DNA of 64,000 nucleotides from Lytechinus pictus (taxonomy: Eukaryota): positions 930,001 to 994,000 of the forward strand of contig NC_087246.1 in the NCBI RefSeq assembly GCF_037042905.1, given 5' to 3'. Made by a program: the position numbers and the translations under genes. Shown in pieces: positions 51,816 through 64,000 of this stretch. Below the pieces are notes generated by a model. It worked only from the letters and a program-made list of their open reading frames with translations, searched no databases and had not been told where the DNA came from. Every line of letters starts with the position of its first letter. Within the stretch, counting starts at the first letter, position 1.

Positions 51816-54775
51816 AATGGCGCAAGAGATATTGATCCCAAACGCCAACAAAGATGATTTGTTTGATAAAAAAGCATGTCATTTTTTAGATGTGTCATTT
51901 ATTATTTATAAAAATCTCCTCCGTAAACATGTGTTCAGTAATCTGTGTTTGGTTCACCGCATATTATTCTTGTATGGTATTATGTTTAGGTTTTTATTTA
52001 CAACTAACCTAATCCAATTTGAAAGATGATACGCAAGCTGTCAGGTTTAAAATGGATCATATTTTGTTGTTGGTATAGGGTGTCACAAAAAATATCTTTC
52101 AGAAGTTCAGGAAGTGCGTTTTTTGCATCAATTCTAAACAATGGAGCTTAATAAACTGCCTCTGGTAATAAAACTAATTCACTGAGAAATTAATCTTCTT
52201 TTTAATAGATACTTGTAATATTCCTTTTTTGCATTTCTGGAAATCAGTTTGATGATATATCAGTTATCTCTCTTTGAAATATTGAAGATGTCTATTAAGA
52301 TATATTTACAAGTCAGCACAGGATAGTGTGGTCTCCAAATATATCAGTATGATCTACATGTGTTATGTTTACAATATTTTTTGTAACCCTTACCCCTATA
52401 AACTCATTTTTCATAAACATTGTGTCCTTGTTCAGACAAAGCCTGTCTAGATTTATCTTGATATCAAAAGAAGTGTCATAGACACTGGTGATCAAGAGAT
52501 AATAAGAAATGATTATATTTTAATGGAATCAAGATATTACGTGGGCATGAGTCAATGCTGTCTACTTTTACAGACGGAAGTTAATTCCAGGAGCTCTGTT
52601 TTCATAGAAAGTTGCCAAACAAAACCCACATACTGTTTGGCATGCATTATGTCTAGTTTGTTAGAATTTTCAGTTATGGAGGAAAAGAGATTGTTTTGAA
52701 AGTTATTGTAAATTTTGAACTAGGTGTTTCTTCCTTCAAAATACATGTAGGCCTACATGTATGTGCAAATAATACTAAAAAGAAAGAGAGAACATAACAT
52801 GATTATAGTGGTCGTAGTGTTCCTCATGGAGTATAGCAATATTTGCTATTTTGGGGGTATTTCATTTTACAAAATCAACTGTTCTAGAAAATCTATGTCT
52901 TTTTCCTAAAGCCATGAACTGGGACCCATTTAAAAACTTGTCTCTCTTAATGATACCAAATAAGGCAATGTATCTTGCTATGTCTATTAAAATAATCTTA
53001 GCAATCACGGGTTGTAGTGACATAAGTTGGTTAAAACCTCTACGACAAGACGTGTTAAGAGCGTAGGGGTTGTCATGGTAACAGATTGACTTAAAGCTCA
53101 CTTCCTAATGTGATTGGTTGTATCTCAGGTGAAAATTGATGCTTATTTTCTGATTTTCCTGTTTTTGATGTAATCTGATCTTCAGTTATCTTTAGCTTTC
53201 CCAGGTGTGTATATTGAGCCAGCAACTTCTTTTAAAGAATACCAGGGTAATTTCTCAGAGTTTGCTATTAAGGGAAACAGGGTACCTTCAAGCAACTAGA
53301 AGGATTAGTGGAATAATGAGGGTTACATTAATACATCTATAGACAATGTCTTGAACATGGTATGGATTAGTATGATAATGAACATGAACAGTCATGACAA
53401 TTAAAAAAAAAGTTCTGATGATATATATGGTCTCCTATTAAGATGTAAAGATGAGAGTTATATTGTCAGCATACATGTAGATAATGGATATCTACCTGTA
53501 TACACTGTACACTGTAGGTTGCTCATTATTTATTCTATTACACTTTTATTTTGTTTTTCTTTATTTATATTGGTTTTTAATATCAGTATAAAACCCAACT
53601 TATACTGAAGGGAAATGGGTTAGATGTTCAGTATTTTTTAGAATGAAAATTGAAAATGAGTTTCAGAATAAGTGAAATATAGAATTTCGACAAATCAAAT
53701 TTATGAATACTAAATTCATATTTGTGCTTTCATGAAGAGAATAGAGTTGGTTGTTGTTCCATGTTATCAATTATTCTATGCATAATACTGAAATGGGTGG
53801 ATTAAAAAAGCTGAGTGTACTTTGAAAAGATTGATGGATATCGAGACCACTAAACTGTTATTATAAACCATATGTTATTTCCTGTTCTGCGTCATTGGTA
53901 ACAATGAGTGCTAACACGTACAACACCTGGCTTTATTGACGTCTTTGAAAATATACTTTCCAATTAATATTCTTTACGTACACATGAATGTTGTGAGATG
54001 GACTTGAAGTACCAGTAGGTTCGGGGATGGAGGGGGGGGGGGGGGTGCAGGGCCTCTAGTCTATAAAAGACAATTTTGAATACTGCTTTGGGTGCCTTGG
54101 TTTTAATAGAAGGCCTACAATACATACAGAGAGAGTTAAGGTTTGTCAGTGCAAGTAATATTACAAATTTACTTTATAGGCTAATCTTACGCCAATATTT
54201 AGGTCAGGAGCTAAATTAAAGGTACAGGGTAAGCTGGTAGGCAATATGTAACATTTCCATACACCCCCCCCCCCCCATTTCATTTACAGTCTAGCATAAA
54301 TTCCCCACAGTCATGTTCTTTGGACCACACATCCCTTATTTCCTTACACTGGGGTACAGTTGATTTTTAATAGGATTGTATTAATCACAATCGGAGGTAA
54401 ATGAAATAACAAGTCTTATAGGATTACAGGTGGAATATTTCCTGCCCCCATTTAATCCGTCAGAACCAACAAACCGCAGGTCTTATTGTCAACATGTTTG
54501 TTTCTTTGTTTTGTTCTTTATATACTATTTCTTGATTTAGGATTAAGAGAAAAAGACATGTTCTAGGATGGAATAAATGGACGTCATGAGGAAAGATAAT
54601 TGAATTAAACCATTTCATGCCACCACATTTTGAAGCCAACGTTCAAGATAAATTTCAAGAAGTACATGTACATGACCAGTAGAGCATTGACCCTATAATG
54701 AAGCAGTTATAGAGATGTTTGATATTACATTGTGGTCAGGCTTGCTTATCCTATGATAGAAATTAGGGTGATTTA

Positions 54776-55597
54776 GGGTGCGTTTATCCGCCACTTTTTT
54801 ACCCTAGAATCATGATCTGAATCATGATTCAAATCATGATTCTGCAGAATCACGATTGCGTTTAGTCGAAATTGAATATAATCATGATTAGAATCACAAA
54901 CATGAAACACGAAAAAAGGGGCGTTTGGAAAGACGTTTCTGCAGAATCACGTACGAAACTGTTCGAATAAACGATATCGTGATTACAATCATGATTCTAT
55001 GACCTCACTGTTGTGTCGGGCTACTTTCGATTTGACTCTTGCCAAGCTCAAGGCGCTCTATATGCTCATTGTACGTACATGATTATGTACTACGCATGCA
55101 TTTCTTGTCATGTTCAAGTTCTGTGTTGGTCATCGCATCGTCCACTACTTTTCATTTTTTGGTCATGTCTTCAACTTCAAGTTCTAGTAAATGAATTAAC
55201 TGGACAGACAATGATCTCAGTTGTTGTTGAGTATACAGTATCAATATTAAATTGGATCTACGCTGAAATTCACTTCCGAACACCATTTTGGATAAACTAA
55301 CAAGATGAATAGAAGCATATGGACCCTATATGATAGAAGTAAACAAAATAATGTATAGACTGAATTCTGGAAGCAAAAGATTTTTCGAGAGCCGAAACAC
55401 GTGCAAAAAACTTCCTCTGTCAAACTGCGCACTAGTGATGCGCACTGGATTGGCCCGAATCTGAGGAGAAACAGCATTGGAATGAAGGTCGTCTAAACGC
55501 TGATTCTGTGATATTGTGATTCATGTTTGTGTTTTGAATCATGATTCAAATCATGATTCAAATCATGATTCTGGCTTGAGGTCGCATAAACGCAGCC
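54776..55597 (-). mobile_element. Complete ~820-bp MITE (GGCTGCGTTTA family)
   Basis: TIR gggtgcgttta / taaacgcagcc. Inverted homolog of 15273-16047. Confidence 0.85.
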
Positions 55598-56158
55598 ATT
55601 GTTTCTTGGCAGGTGTGGGAGTTTCTAGTCTAGACCTTTTAGACCTTGTGTCTCATTCAGAGAGAGTCTGTGGGTGTAGACTATTCAATTGTCAGTTTCA
55701 CATCTTTTTGTTTTTCATAGGATGAGGTGGGTTAATGTGGGCTGGGGTTGGGGTTGCGGAATAAAAGAAAGTTATCAGCTGAAAATTGATGAGAATAGAA
55801 GAATAGCATTAACCATTAGCATTTGTCATCAGCTTTGAGATGAGTTTCCTTGTATCCGTGGGATTCTTTGAGGTTAATCAATTCATCACATGTTTTTGGA
55901 ATAAAATGTATACATTGCATATTGCAGGTGAGATAATTCTAACCCTCCCATCAATTATTTGACCATGCTCTTGTGGTATAGAGGACTGCATGATGATGAA
56001 AGATATATATTAGAGAACATTGGATACGCCAACCGTGTCACACTTCATGAATATTATGTGTCTGATATGGTTAAGATTATGATGTACATGTAGCAATGAT
56101 AAACATGTTTGTGTAATATGCATGAAGCTACAAAATGAAGCTTTTAACAACAAAAGGA

Positions 56159-56700
56159 TTTTTGTCTCCCCTGCATAGCAGAGCGAGACTATAGGCACCG
56201 CTTTTCTGAAGGAGGTGGCGGCGTCATCAACATTGAAATCTTAACCAAGCCAAAAAGTTTTTGAAATGTCATCATAACTTAGAAAGTATATGGACCTAGT
56301 TCATGAAACTTGGACATAAGGGTATTCGAGTATAACTGAACATCCTGCCTGAGTTTCAGGTCACATGACCAAGGTAAAAGGTCATTTAGGGTCAATGAAC
56401 TTAGATAATGTTGGGGGAATCATTATTTAAATCTTAACCAAGGAGTTTTTGAAATGTCATCATAACTTAGAAAGTAAACTTGGACATAAGGGTAATCAAT
56501 TATATATCATTGTTTTGCACACATTCTTAGGTCACAAGATCATGGTCAAAGGTAATTTTTGCTCAATGGACATACATGTAGTATTTTATTAAATGAATGT
56601 TTCCTTTTGTGAATAATTATTTTATAGTTTCAAAGTCAGCACTGCTGCTATATCGAATCGCGTAATGCAGGCGAGACTGCCAGAGGCGTTCCACTTGTTT
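56159..56700 (+). mobile_element. Helentron-type non-autonomous element, family B-like
   Basis: 5' tttttgtctcccctgcat with nearby gcgagac, and 3' atgcaggcgagac + short hairpin + cttgttt. Partial internal tandem unit (cataacttagaaagta). Confidence 0.7.
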
Positions 56701-57374
56701 TATTATGCTTGAAACATATATTAATATGATTATTTTTTGTCTGTCATATATAGGCCTAGTCTTGTATGATGATTTACTAATCTTGACCTGTAAAGGTTTC
56801 CTTTAATACATAATGATTTTGCTGATTAAGCTGAGGTTAAAAGCCAGACGATAATATAATTAGAGGCATGCATTTCTTGAGGACGGAGGTAGTTCTTTGA
56901 GAATTTTCTTTTTTACACCTAAAGAAATTAGGAAAATACCATCATATTGATTTAAATATCACCAAAGATAATACAGTATATTGAACATATCGGTACATGT
57001 AATATAGCCATTAAAAAGCTGTTATCTTCCAGACATAATACTGAGTAAGTGATTTAGTTATACAAACTAGCCAACATTACAATGTTTCAGACTTCCTTGG
57101 CAAGAGACTATTTGCTCTCAAATATTCGTATCTGAATGACACGCGCCTCTAAACCCAAGATAACAACAACAACAACAAAGGACCTGTTGCTTCAGGGACC
57201 CATTCATAAAAGATACAATCAACTCTGTACAATCACCTGTAAATATTAATCAGAGCTGTTTACATACAGTCTTTATGTAAACTGATTTATTTAGACTCTA
57301 TTGTTTTAATTGCTTATTTGTAGATAGTACATGTAGGATTCATGCTGTATTATCTTTGTGATTTTTTAGCTTTC

Positions 57375-57492
57375 TTCCTTCTCTCTTTCCCTTTTGTTTT
57401 ATTTCTCTCTCTTTCTTTCTCTCTATCTCTCTCTCTCTCACACACAAACACACACACACACTCTTCTCTGTATCTGTCTCTCACACACTCTC
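57375..57492. repeat. (CT)n/(CA)n microsatellite
   Basis: Direct reading of the sequence. Confidence 0.85.
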
Positions 57493-58936
57493 TGGCATTC
57501 TTCATAGCATAAGATCTCAGGAAATGACCGTGCAGTAAACCTTGCCTAATATGGGATACGTTCGGCAAGCTAAACACAATCCCACATCTACTCTGTTTCC
57601 TCCCAGTTTATCAGTCTATTTTTCACGGATCCAGTCCCAGTGTTAGTCTCTTCAATCTATGCTTGCCGTTCTAGGCAACACCCCCAAACAACTCAAGTTT
57701 TTATGTGAGAGGAAGTCATGAAAACTCGGCTATAAGCTAGATTTTCAATGAGTATTAGTCAGTTTTAAATCAAATAGTTGAATTCCATGAAACATACATG
57801 TAATTATCCTAAGTATGTATGATCTGTTATAGCTGTGGAGTAATTGGTCACGGTAATTGATAGTAATTAATGATCCTTTAGGAAATCTTAAAAATCCAAT
57901 AAAATTAAGAGCTTCTTGATAATTGATTTATCTGATTAGATCCTCCCCAGATATTGAACCTTCTACAGTTTAGTGATCAGATCTGGAAAAACCAATCAAA
58001 TCTTTTAAAAGAAGACATTCAAGAAATCATCAATTTACTCTTGATCCACATATTTACTAGTAATAAATTACATCAGCACTTTAAGTAATAACTCATCTGT
58101 CACATGGTCAGAGGGTTGGTTTTCAAAATTTTCTACAAGATTAAATAAAATTCAAGTGATTTGAAGTGAGTTTCAGAATTTCTTAAAAATATTCATGATG
58201 ATTACTGCAGCACGCAAGTCTTGTCTTTTTATGAAAATGATATATTTGCAAGATTCAATAAAACACCATATTTATACATATTACATAACATATTATTCAT
58301 GAATTTTTAACAATATGATGCATACCTAACTATATTCAGTATACCTTGTAAAACTGAACATAGCTTGCTGATCAATGGTAGGGCTGAGTTTGATTCTTGA
58401 TTACATTGATAATTATATGCAATCAAGCATACAAATCAACTTTACTATCATCTGCTAGGTCTTGTTTTACATCATGTACCATAGTTACATTGAGGTTCAG
58501 TTTAGACTCATTCCTAAGTGGTTAGACATTTATTCTACCAGTTGGTTTCATGTGCTAGGTAGTTTTAAGCTACTAGTGAATAATTTGAATCATTTGTAAG
58601 CCTGACTTCTGCATTTTGTATGTTTTATAATGCAGGTTTGAAAGCTGTTACACACAATGAACATTTATACTTTTCTATCTAGAGGACTGTTCAGCATTTC
58701 TTTATTTTAACAAGCATTTTAGTCCTGATTTTATCATTGCTTTAGAATCAAATTGAAATGTATATTCCAGTATGAATTTGAATAATACAAATTTAAACTT
58801 TTGTCAAAAGTATCGTTGATATGCATTGATAAAATCAGGCCTCATCAATAGAAATGCATCGTTATATCATTTTGCCTAAAATTATTTTAAAAAAATCAAT
58901 CCCCCTTCTATGAAAATCACAAGTTTGAATTGTTAA

Positions 58937-59531
58937 AGGACAAGTCCACCCCAACAAAAAGTTGATTTGAAAAAAGGGAGAAAATCCAACAAGCAAAACA
59001 CTGACAATTTCATCAAAATCGGATGTAAAATAAGAACGTTATGACATTTTAAAGTTTCGCTTAATTTCACAAAACAGTTATATGCACATCTTGGTCGGTA
59101 TGTAAATTGGCAGACTGATGACGTCACCCACTCACTATTTCTTTTGTATTTTATTATATGAAATATTCTAATTTTCTCCTCCTTCTCAAGTGAAACAAAG
59201 TTTTATTTCTCCCTGAACATGTGGAATTATCATTATTTTAATAGTTTATGGTTAAGTTAAGTTGGTCCTTATTGTCAAATTTGTAAAAATTTAAATATTG
59301 TATTATTCAAACAATAAAAAACAAAAGAAATAGTGAGTGATGGACATCATGGACTCTCTCATTTGCATATCGTTGAGTTGTGCATTTAACTGTTTTGTAA
59401 AAAATAAGCGAAACTTAAAAATGTCATAACTTTCTTATTTTACATCCGATTTCGATGAAATTTGCAACGTTATGTTTGTCGATTTTTCTCTATCGATTCA
59501 AATCAAAAATTTTCTGGGGTAGACTTGACCT
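58937..59531. mobile_element. Palindromic Kolobok/T2-like MITE
   Basis: TTAA|AGGACAAGTCCACCCC ... GGGGTAGACTTGACCT|TTAA. Confidence 0.9.
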
Positions 59532-60808
59532 TTAAGATGAGATAAAGCATTTGGAATTTTCAAGCGAATAAAATAATGATGTAGTACATATATCTGATCC
59601 AAGTATTAAGGAGTACATTGATGGTTATAGATCCTTGTAGTACACACAGTCCTACAATGTACAGTACATATAGTCTAGTAATCATTTCTTGGTTCAATTT
59701 AAAATTGTTTTTTGTCATTTTGGAATATTGTATACCAATCTATAGATTTTGTTTGTGAAGTTAACTACTAGTAATATTAAGTTTCTTAAATGAACCTGGT
59801 GTTTGTGCGTACAGTGCACACGTACAATCTACTTCTTTTTTAAATCATTCTGTATCAAATAAGGAAGGGAAGTCATTCAGAAAATGAAGTAGATTGCAAA
59901 TGGTCATGTAATTAAGATATATATTTTGGAATTTCTATTATGTTAGAATTGAAATATATGATAAGGCATTGTGTATATGATTTTGCTTGTATTTTTTAAA
60001 GAGATTTGTGGAGTTTTGGGATCAAAATTTGGTGTTGAATAAGCAGAAATTGTGTAGAAAAATACGACTCTACTCCAAACAAAATAATTAAAAGATATTT
60101 AGGGGGACATATGGAATAATATTCTGGTCTTAAATCATTAAGTTGCCAGATTATTATTATAAAATGAGCAGTGTGAATCCCTTATACTGCTTTCCCAAAT
60201 TGATTTCTATCTAAAATAATGTCTGCTGCCATCTATTGTTGAATACACTACAATTTCATTCTAATATTCCTCTCTCGATGCAAAGGTATTAACTGAAAGA
60301 GAAAAAATGTACTTTATAATTTGGGGAAACAATGTACTAGATATTTCAGTTAATGCAAACTTTATTTAGAAAAGAAAAAAGAGCTTGGTTTGTTTTTCTC
60401 ATGTTACAAATATTACATAATAATCCCTGTAATACTTGATTCATCTTCAATTTAGCTTCTTTAAAATAAAGGTGTTTTTGGTGATGTAATTTGCTGGTAA
60501 TTATTCTTGTCTATTTTATAATATGCCTTTCTCCAATCTGCACAAGTATATGAAGCTGAATGTAATTGTAACTTTACGTTTAACAATTTTACTATCACAT
60601 TACAGTTGAAAGCAAAATCTCATTTGTTTTAATATGTCTTTGTAATCTCTAATGTAATGGTATTGTCAAATGTTCTATTCTTTAAAGCCTACACAGTATT
60701 AATCACATAATGCACAATTTTGTGTTTATGATTTCTTTCTTTTCTATGTGTTCTTTGAAATCAGAAAGGTGATATAGGAGTTACTCCAAACAAACACAAC
60801 CCATTCTT

Positions 60809-60938
60809 GGGTCCTATGACATAAAGATTAACGATCAAAACATTTGCTTGATTTTAATGATAAACATTGTTAGTCAATTAAGTCAATCATGAAAAAAATT
60901 GTTGTACGATGATTGATAAGCTTTGTGTCATTGGGCTC
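60809..60938. mobile_element. Degenerate small MITE (1725 family)
   Basis: gggtcctatgacataaag / ctttgtgtcattgggctc. Confidence 0.45.
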
Positions 60939-62477
60939 TTAAAAGAACACAATTCTCTTCATTCATCCATCCAAGAAGTGTGAACTTTTATATTTTTTCA
61001 GATTAATTTTCAGTTAATTTTCTAATTGATCAAGATGAAAGCTTTACAAACCTATTTGCCTTATTTACATGTTAAAACTAGTATTTATCTGTAACATGTT
61101 AGATTTACATCTCCCCTTGTAAAACAGAATTTGTCCTCAGAAAATTATTTGCTTTTAAAAGTGAGAATTTGGGGAGTATGTTGTCTTTAAATTCTGTGTA
61201 CAGTGTAATAACTTGTCTAAAAGAAAATGAAATCTGTTTCACAATTAATGTTGTTGAATATTGTGATGTTGTCTTGTGACATCTTGGCTTTGTTTTAAAT
61301 TCTTCGACCAACACAAAATATGACATGGTCCTTTATTTTCATGTGAAGGAGTTTTTGTAAAATTTACACCTTTTTGTAAATTAAGGTATTTATTATAGAA
61401 TGAAAATTTCTCCCTTTTGTGAAATTTGATGTTTTATTGGACCAAATGGCATGATACTAAAGTGGGGCGTATTGCTTAAACCTAATTTAACCAAAATTAT
61501 TTTCTACTTAAGAATACACAACGATAACCAAACTTGAACTATGTTATCTGTTATTTGTTTATTATGAATATTCAATATATTGGGATTTTCTTTTGATATA
61601 GAAGTATCATGGTCACAAGGAATAGGATATAATTGTTGATATTGTACATGTATAATAAAGAGATTCTGATACATGTATGTTTATTTTTTTGTACTTGTAC
61701 AAGTGGAGTACGGTATGTTTGGTTAATGTTAAATATTGACAAACATGTTATATTTTTACTATTGTATGGGGAAATGTTTTCTAGTGGTCAACGTTTAGGT
61801 AGAATGATGGAAAGAAAATGATTTGCATTGATTGATTTAATAGGAATGGATTTTGTTTTGCTTTGAAAAGTTTAGAGTTAGTGTTTGCATGATAACGGTA
61901 CATGTATTTTTTTCCATGTATAGTGTGTTACACTTGATGATACAAAATGTGTAATTGAAATCAAATTATTTTGATGTAATCTATTGTTATTTTTGTATAT
62001 TGTATGCTTGCTTCATTAGTATATATATGTGAAGATATATATAAATCAAAGATTATATTTGCAATATCAGAGTATAATTTAGATAGAAGATTGGTTGTTG
62101 TGATGATCAATGTTCACTATTTTTGTTAAAGAAATGCACTTGTACATGTATATGTGTATAATGTCAATGAGAGACTTACAAGGGGTAGCATGATCAAGAA
62201 GAATCACATTCTTTTCAATGTCTTTTGGCACATGTATGTACATGTAGGTGGCCACTTTTTAGTAAGCTTGAGAGGTTTTTCAAGGTAAATCTCTTCAATG
62301 TTTTGTTTCCATGTTTCCTTGTTTGTAATCTTTGGTTGTGGGAAATAGATTAAAAGAATGAAAAGATGGAAAATTGATCGTGAAATAAATGATTAATTAA
62401 AAATATACAAAACTGTTTGTCCTGTGTCTACATTTGTTGTGAAAATTTGAGATAAGTTTAACATGTAGAATAAGAGT

Positions 62478-62760
62478 CAGATAGAATAAAGGTAAGAGGG
62501 AGAGGATGATAAAGATGGAGGGAGGGAGCGATGGGTGAGAAGGGTGTAAGGGTTTGGGGAGAAAGGGAGATTGGTTTGGGGAGAGGAAGATGAAGTGAGA
62601 GGGATTGGAAAGGGGGAGGCAGACAGACAGACATAGAGGAGAGGTAGATCAAGAAGTTGGAGTGATTGGAAAAAGATGGAGACAGAGAAGGGGCAGAGAA
62701 AGAGCTCTCGATGTTGGAATAGAAATAGAAAACACCAAAAGAGAGGAAGGGGGAGAAGTA
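62478..62760. repeat. Purine-rich (GA) low-complexity tract
   Basis: Almost exclusively A/G on the + strand. Confidence 0.7.
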
Positions 62761-64000
62761 TACATTAAGGCCCAATTTACAAGAAGTTTAAGAGGGGATA
62801 CAAAATCATAAACTATTTATATTATATTGGATGGCTCAGAATGGAATACCAGAAATATTTGGGAAAATATTCCACGAATCGCAGACGAGTGAAATAAAGC
62901 CATCCAATATAATTATCATCTATACACCCCCCCCCCCCAAAAAAGGGAGAAATTTGATTTAACAAGTCTCTGAACTATGAGAAATAAGTGTGCTGAAATG
63001 TCATGAAACCACAATACAGCAATCAATTGAAAATATAGTTATCAATGAAAATAGAGCTTTAACTAAAAATAAAATGGTGGTGTTTATTGTAGAGAGAGAT
63101 TTTTATATTATATTGGATGGCTCATGTGCCCTAGACTGTTGAATATGGTCTCGTACTCAACGGTAAACTTTATGGGATATTTGATGGATTTCGGTCATTC
63201 TAGGGATACTCTGTTACTGCACAGGCAATTGATGCAGACCAAAAATATGTGTTTTTAATGTATGGCTAAAACGCTCTAGACAATAAATATTATTTGTGTG
63301 ACCATTCTTCAAGCATATCTAGTGCCCTTTGCCAAAAAGGTGCAATTATACTTGGACCAGAATCTCTGTTAATGGTTTTGTATGCCCTCCTAGGTTAGAC
63401 TGCTTTTAATTTGGGCCAACATCATCATCACCATCATAAACATCCATCAATCCCTCATCATCACCAATATCAGCAGCAGCATGGGCATCATCACTATCAT
63501 ATACGCACCTCTAATATTAACATTTCATTTATGAAAACGGCTAATACTCTGCCCACCAACTGATTTTAATGGTTGTTGGATGATAGTATCGTTGGTATGG
63601 TAGTGTCGCAATAAATGACAAGTGCACATCATGAAACTCATTTCAGAACCCTACTTCAGCACTATCCTCACGCTCATTAGATATCACAATAATTTAACTG
63701 CACAACAGATGGCGCCAGACTTTTTTCTCTATCACGGACTTTAATTTCATTCTTGTGCATTGAAGTAATGACCTACAGATGATTTCAGATTTGAGGCAAC
63801 AGGGATACAGTTCTTGAGGCAGTCAAACTTAAAAAAAATGATTATCAAATAATATTATCAGATTGCAGTTGGAACATTACAATAGGCAAAATAACTCATT
63901 CTTATACTGCTGATAGTTTTGTAAAGTGCAATTTGACATGGGCAAGAAAAAAAAGTTCATCTACAAATAAGCAAATCACACACATCAACTGGAAAACCTA

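Noticed and set aside
54763..54780. Telomeric TTAGGG repeats
   Set aside because: Only two spaced copies, one of them formed at a MITE end.
62458..62811. ORFs rich in Ser/Pro/Leu or Arg/Glu/Gly
   Set aside because: Translations of a GA low-complexity tract.

Overview
AT-rich eukaryotic genomic DNA. The repeat landscape (tRNA-derived SINE, L2/CR1 LINE, Helentron-type elements, TTAA-MITEs) suggests a marine invertebrate such as a sea urchin; this is an inference. One convincing protein-coding gene is present: an intronless 899-aa ORF (39751-42450, +). It has a long, probably disordered N-terminal region, an acidic patch, a C-terminal F-box and a CHORD/REXO1-like Cys/His zinc module. It is probably transcribed from a CpG-rich promoter near 6.2-6.6 kb via non-coding exons, with a possible second start near 35.6 kb. 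The rest is intronic or intergenic and packed with non-autonomous DNA transposons: a 2.7-kb foldback element, many MITEs with readable target-site duplications (TSDs) of 3, 4, 7, 8 and 9 bp or TTAA, four Helentron-like elements, a decayed and nested L2-type LINE, and a SINE. The most unusual observations are the F-box plus zinc-module architecture, a strong excess of chained TA-xxxx-TA palindromes resembling transposon excision footprints, and 23-28 bp micro-hairpins with 7-bp TSDs resembling P/Galileo-type footprints. Nearly all short ORFs in the track are spurious. All coordinates and counts were read by eye.
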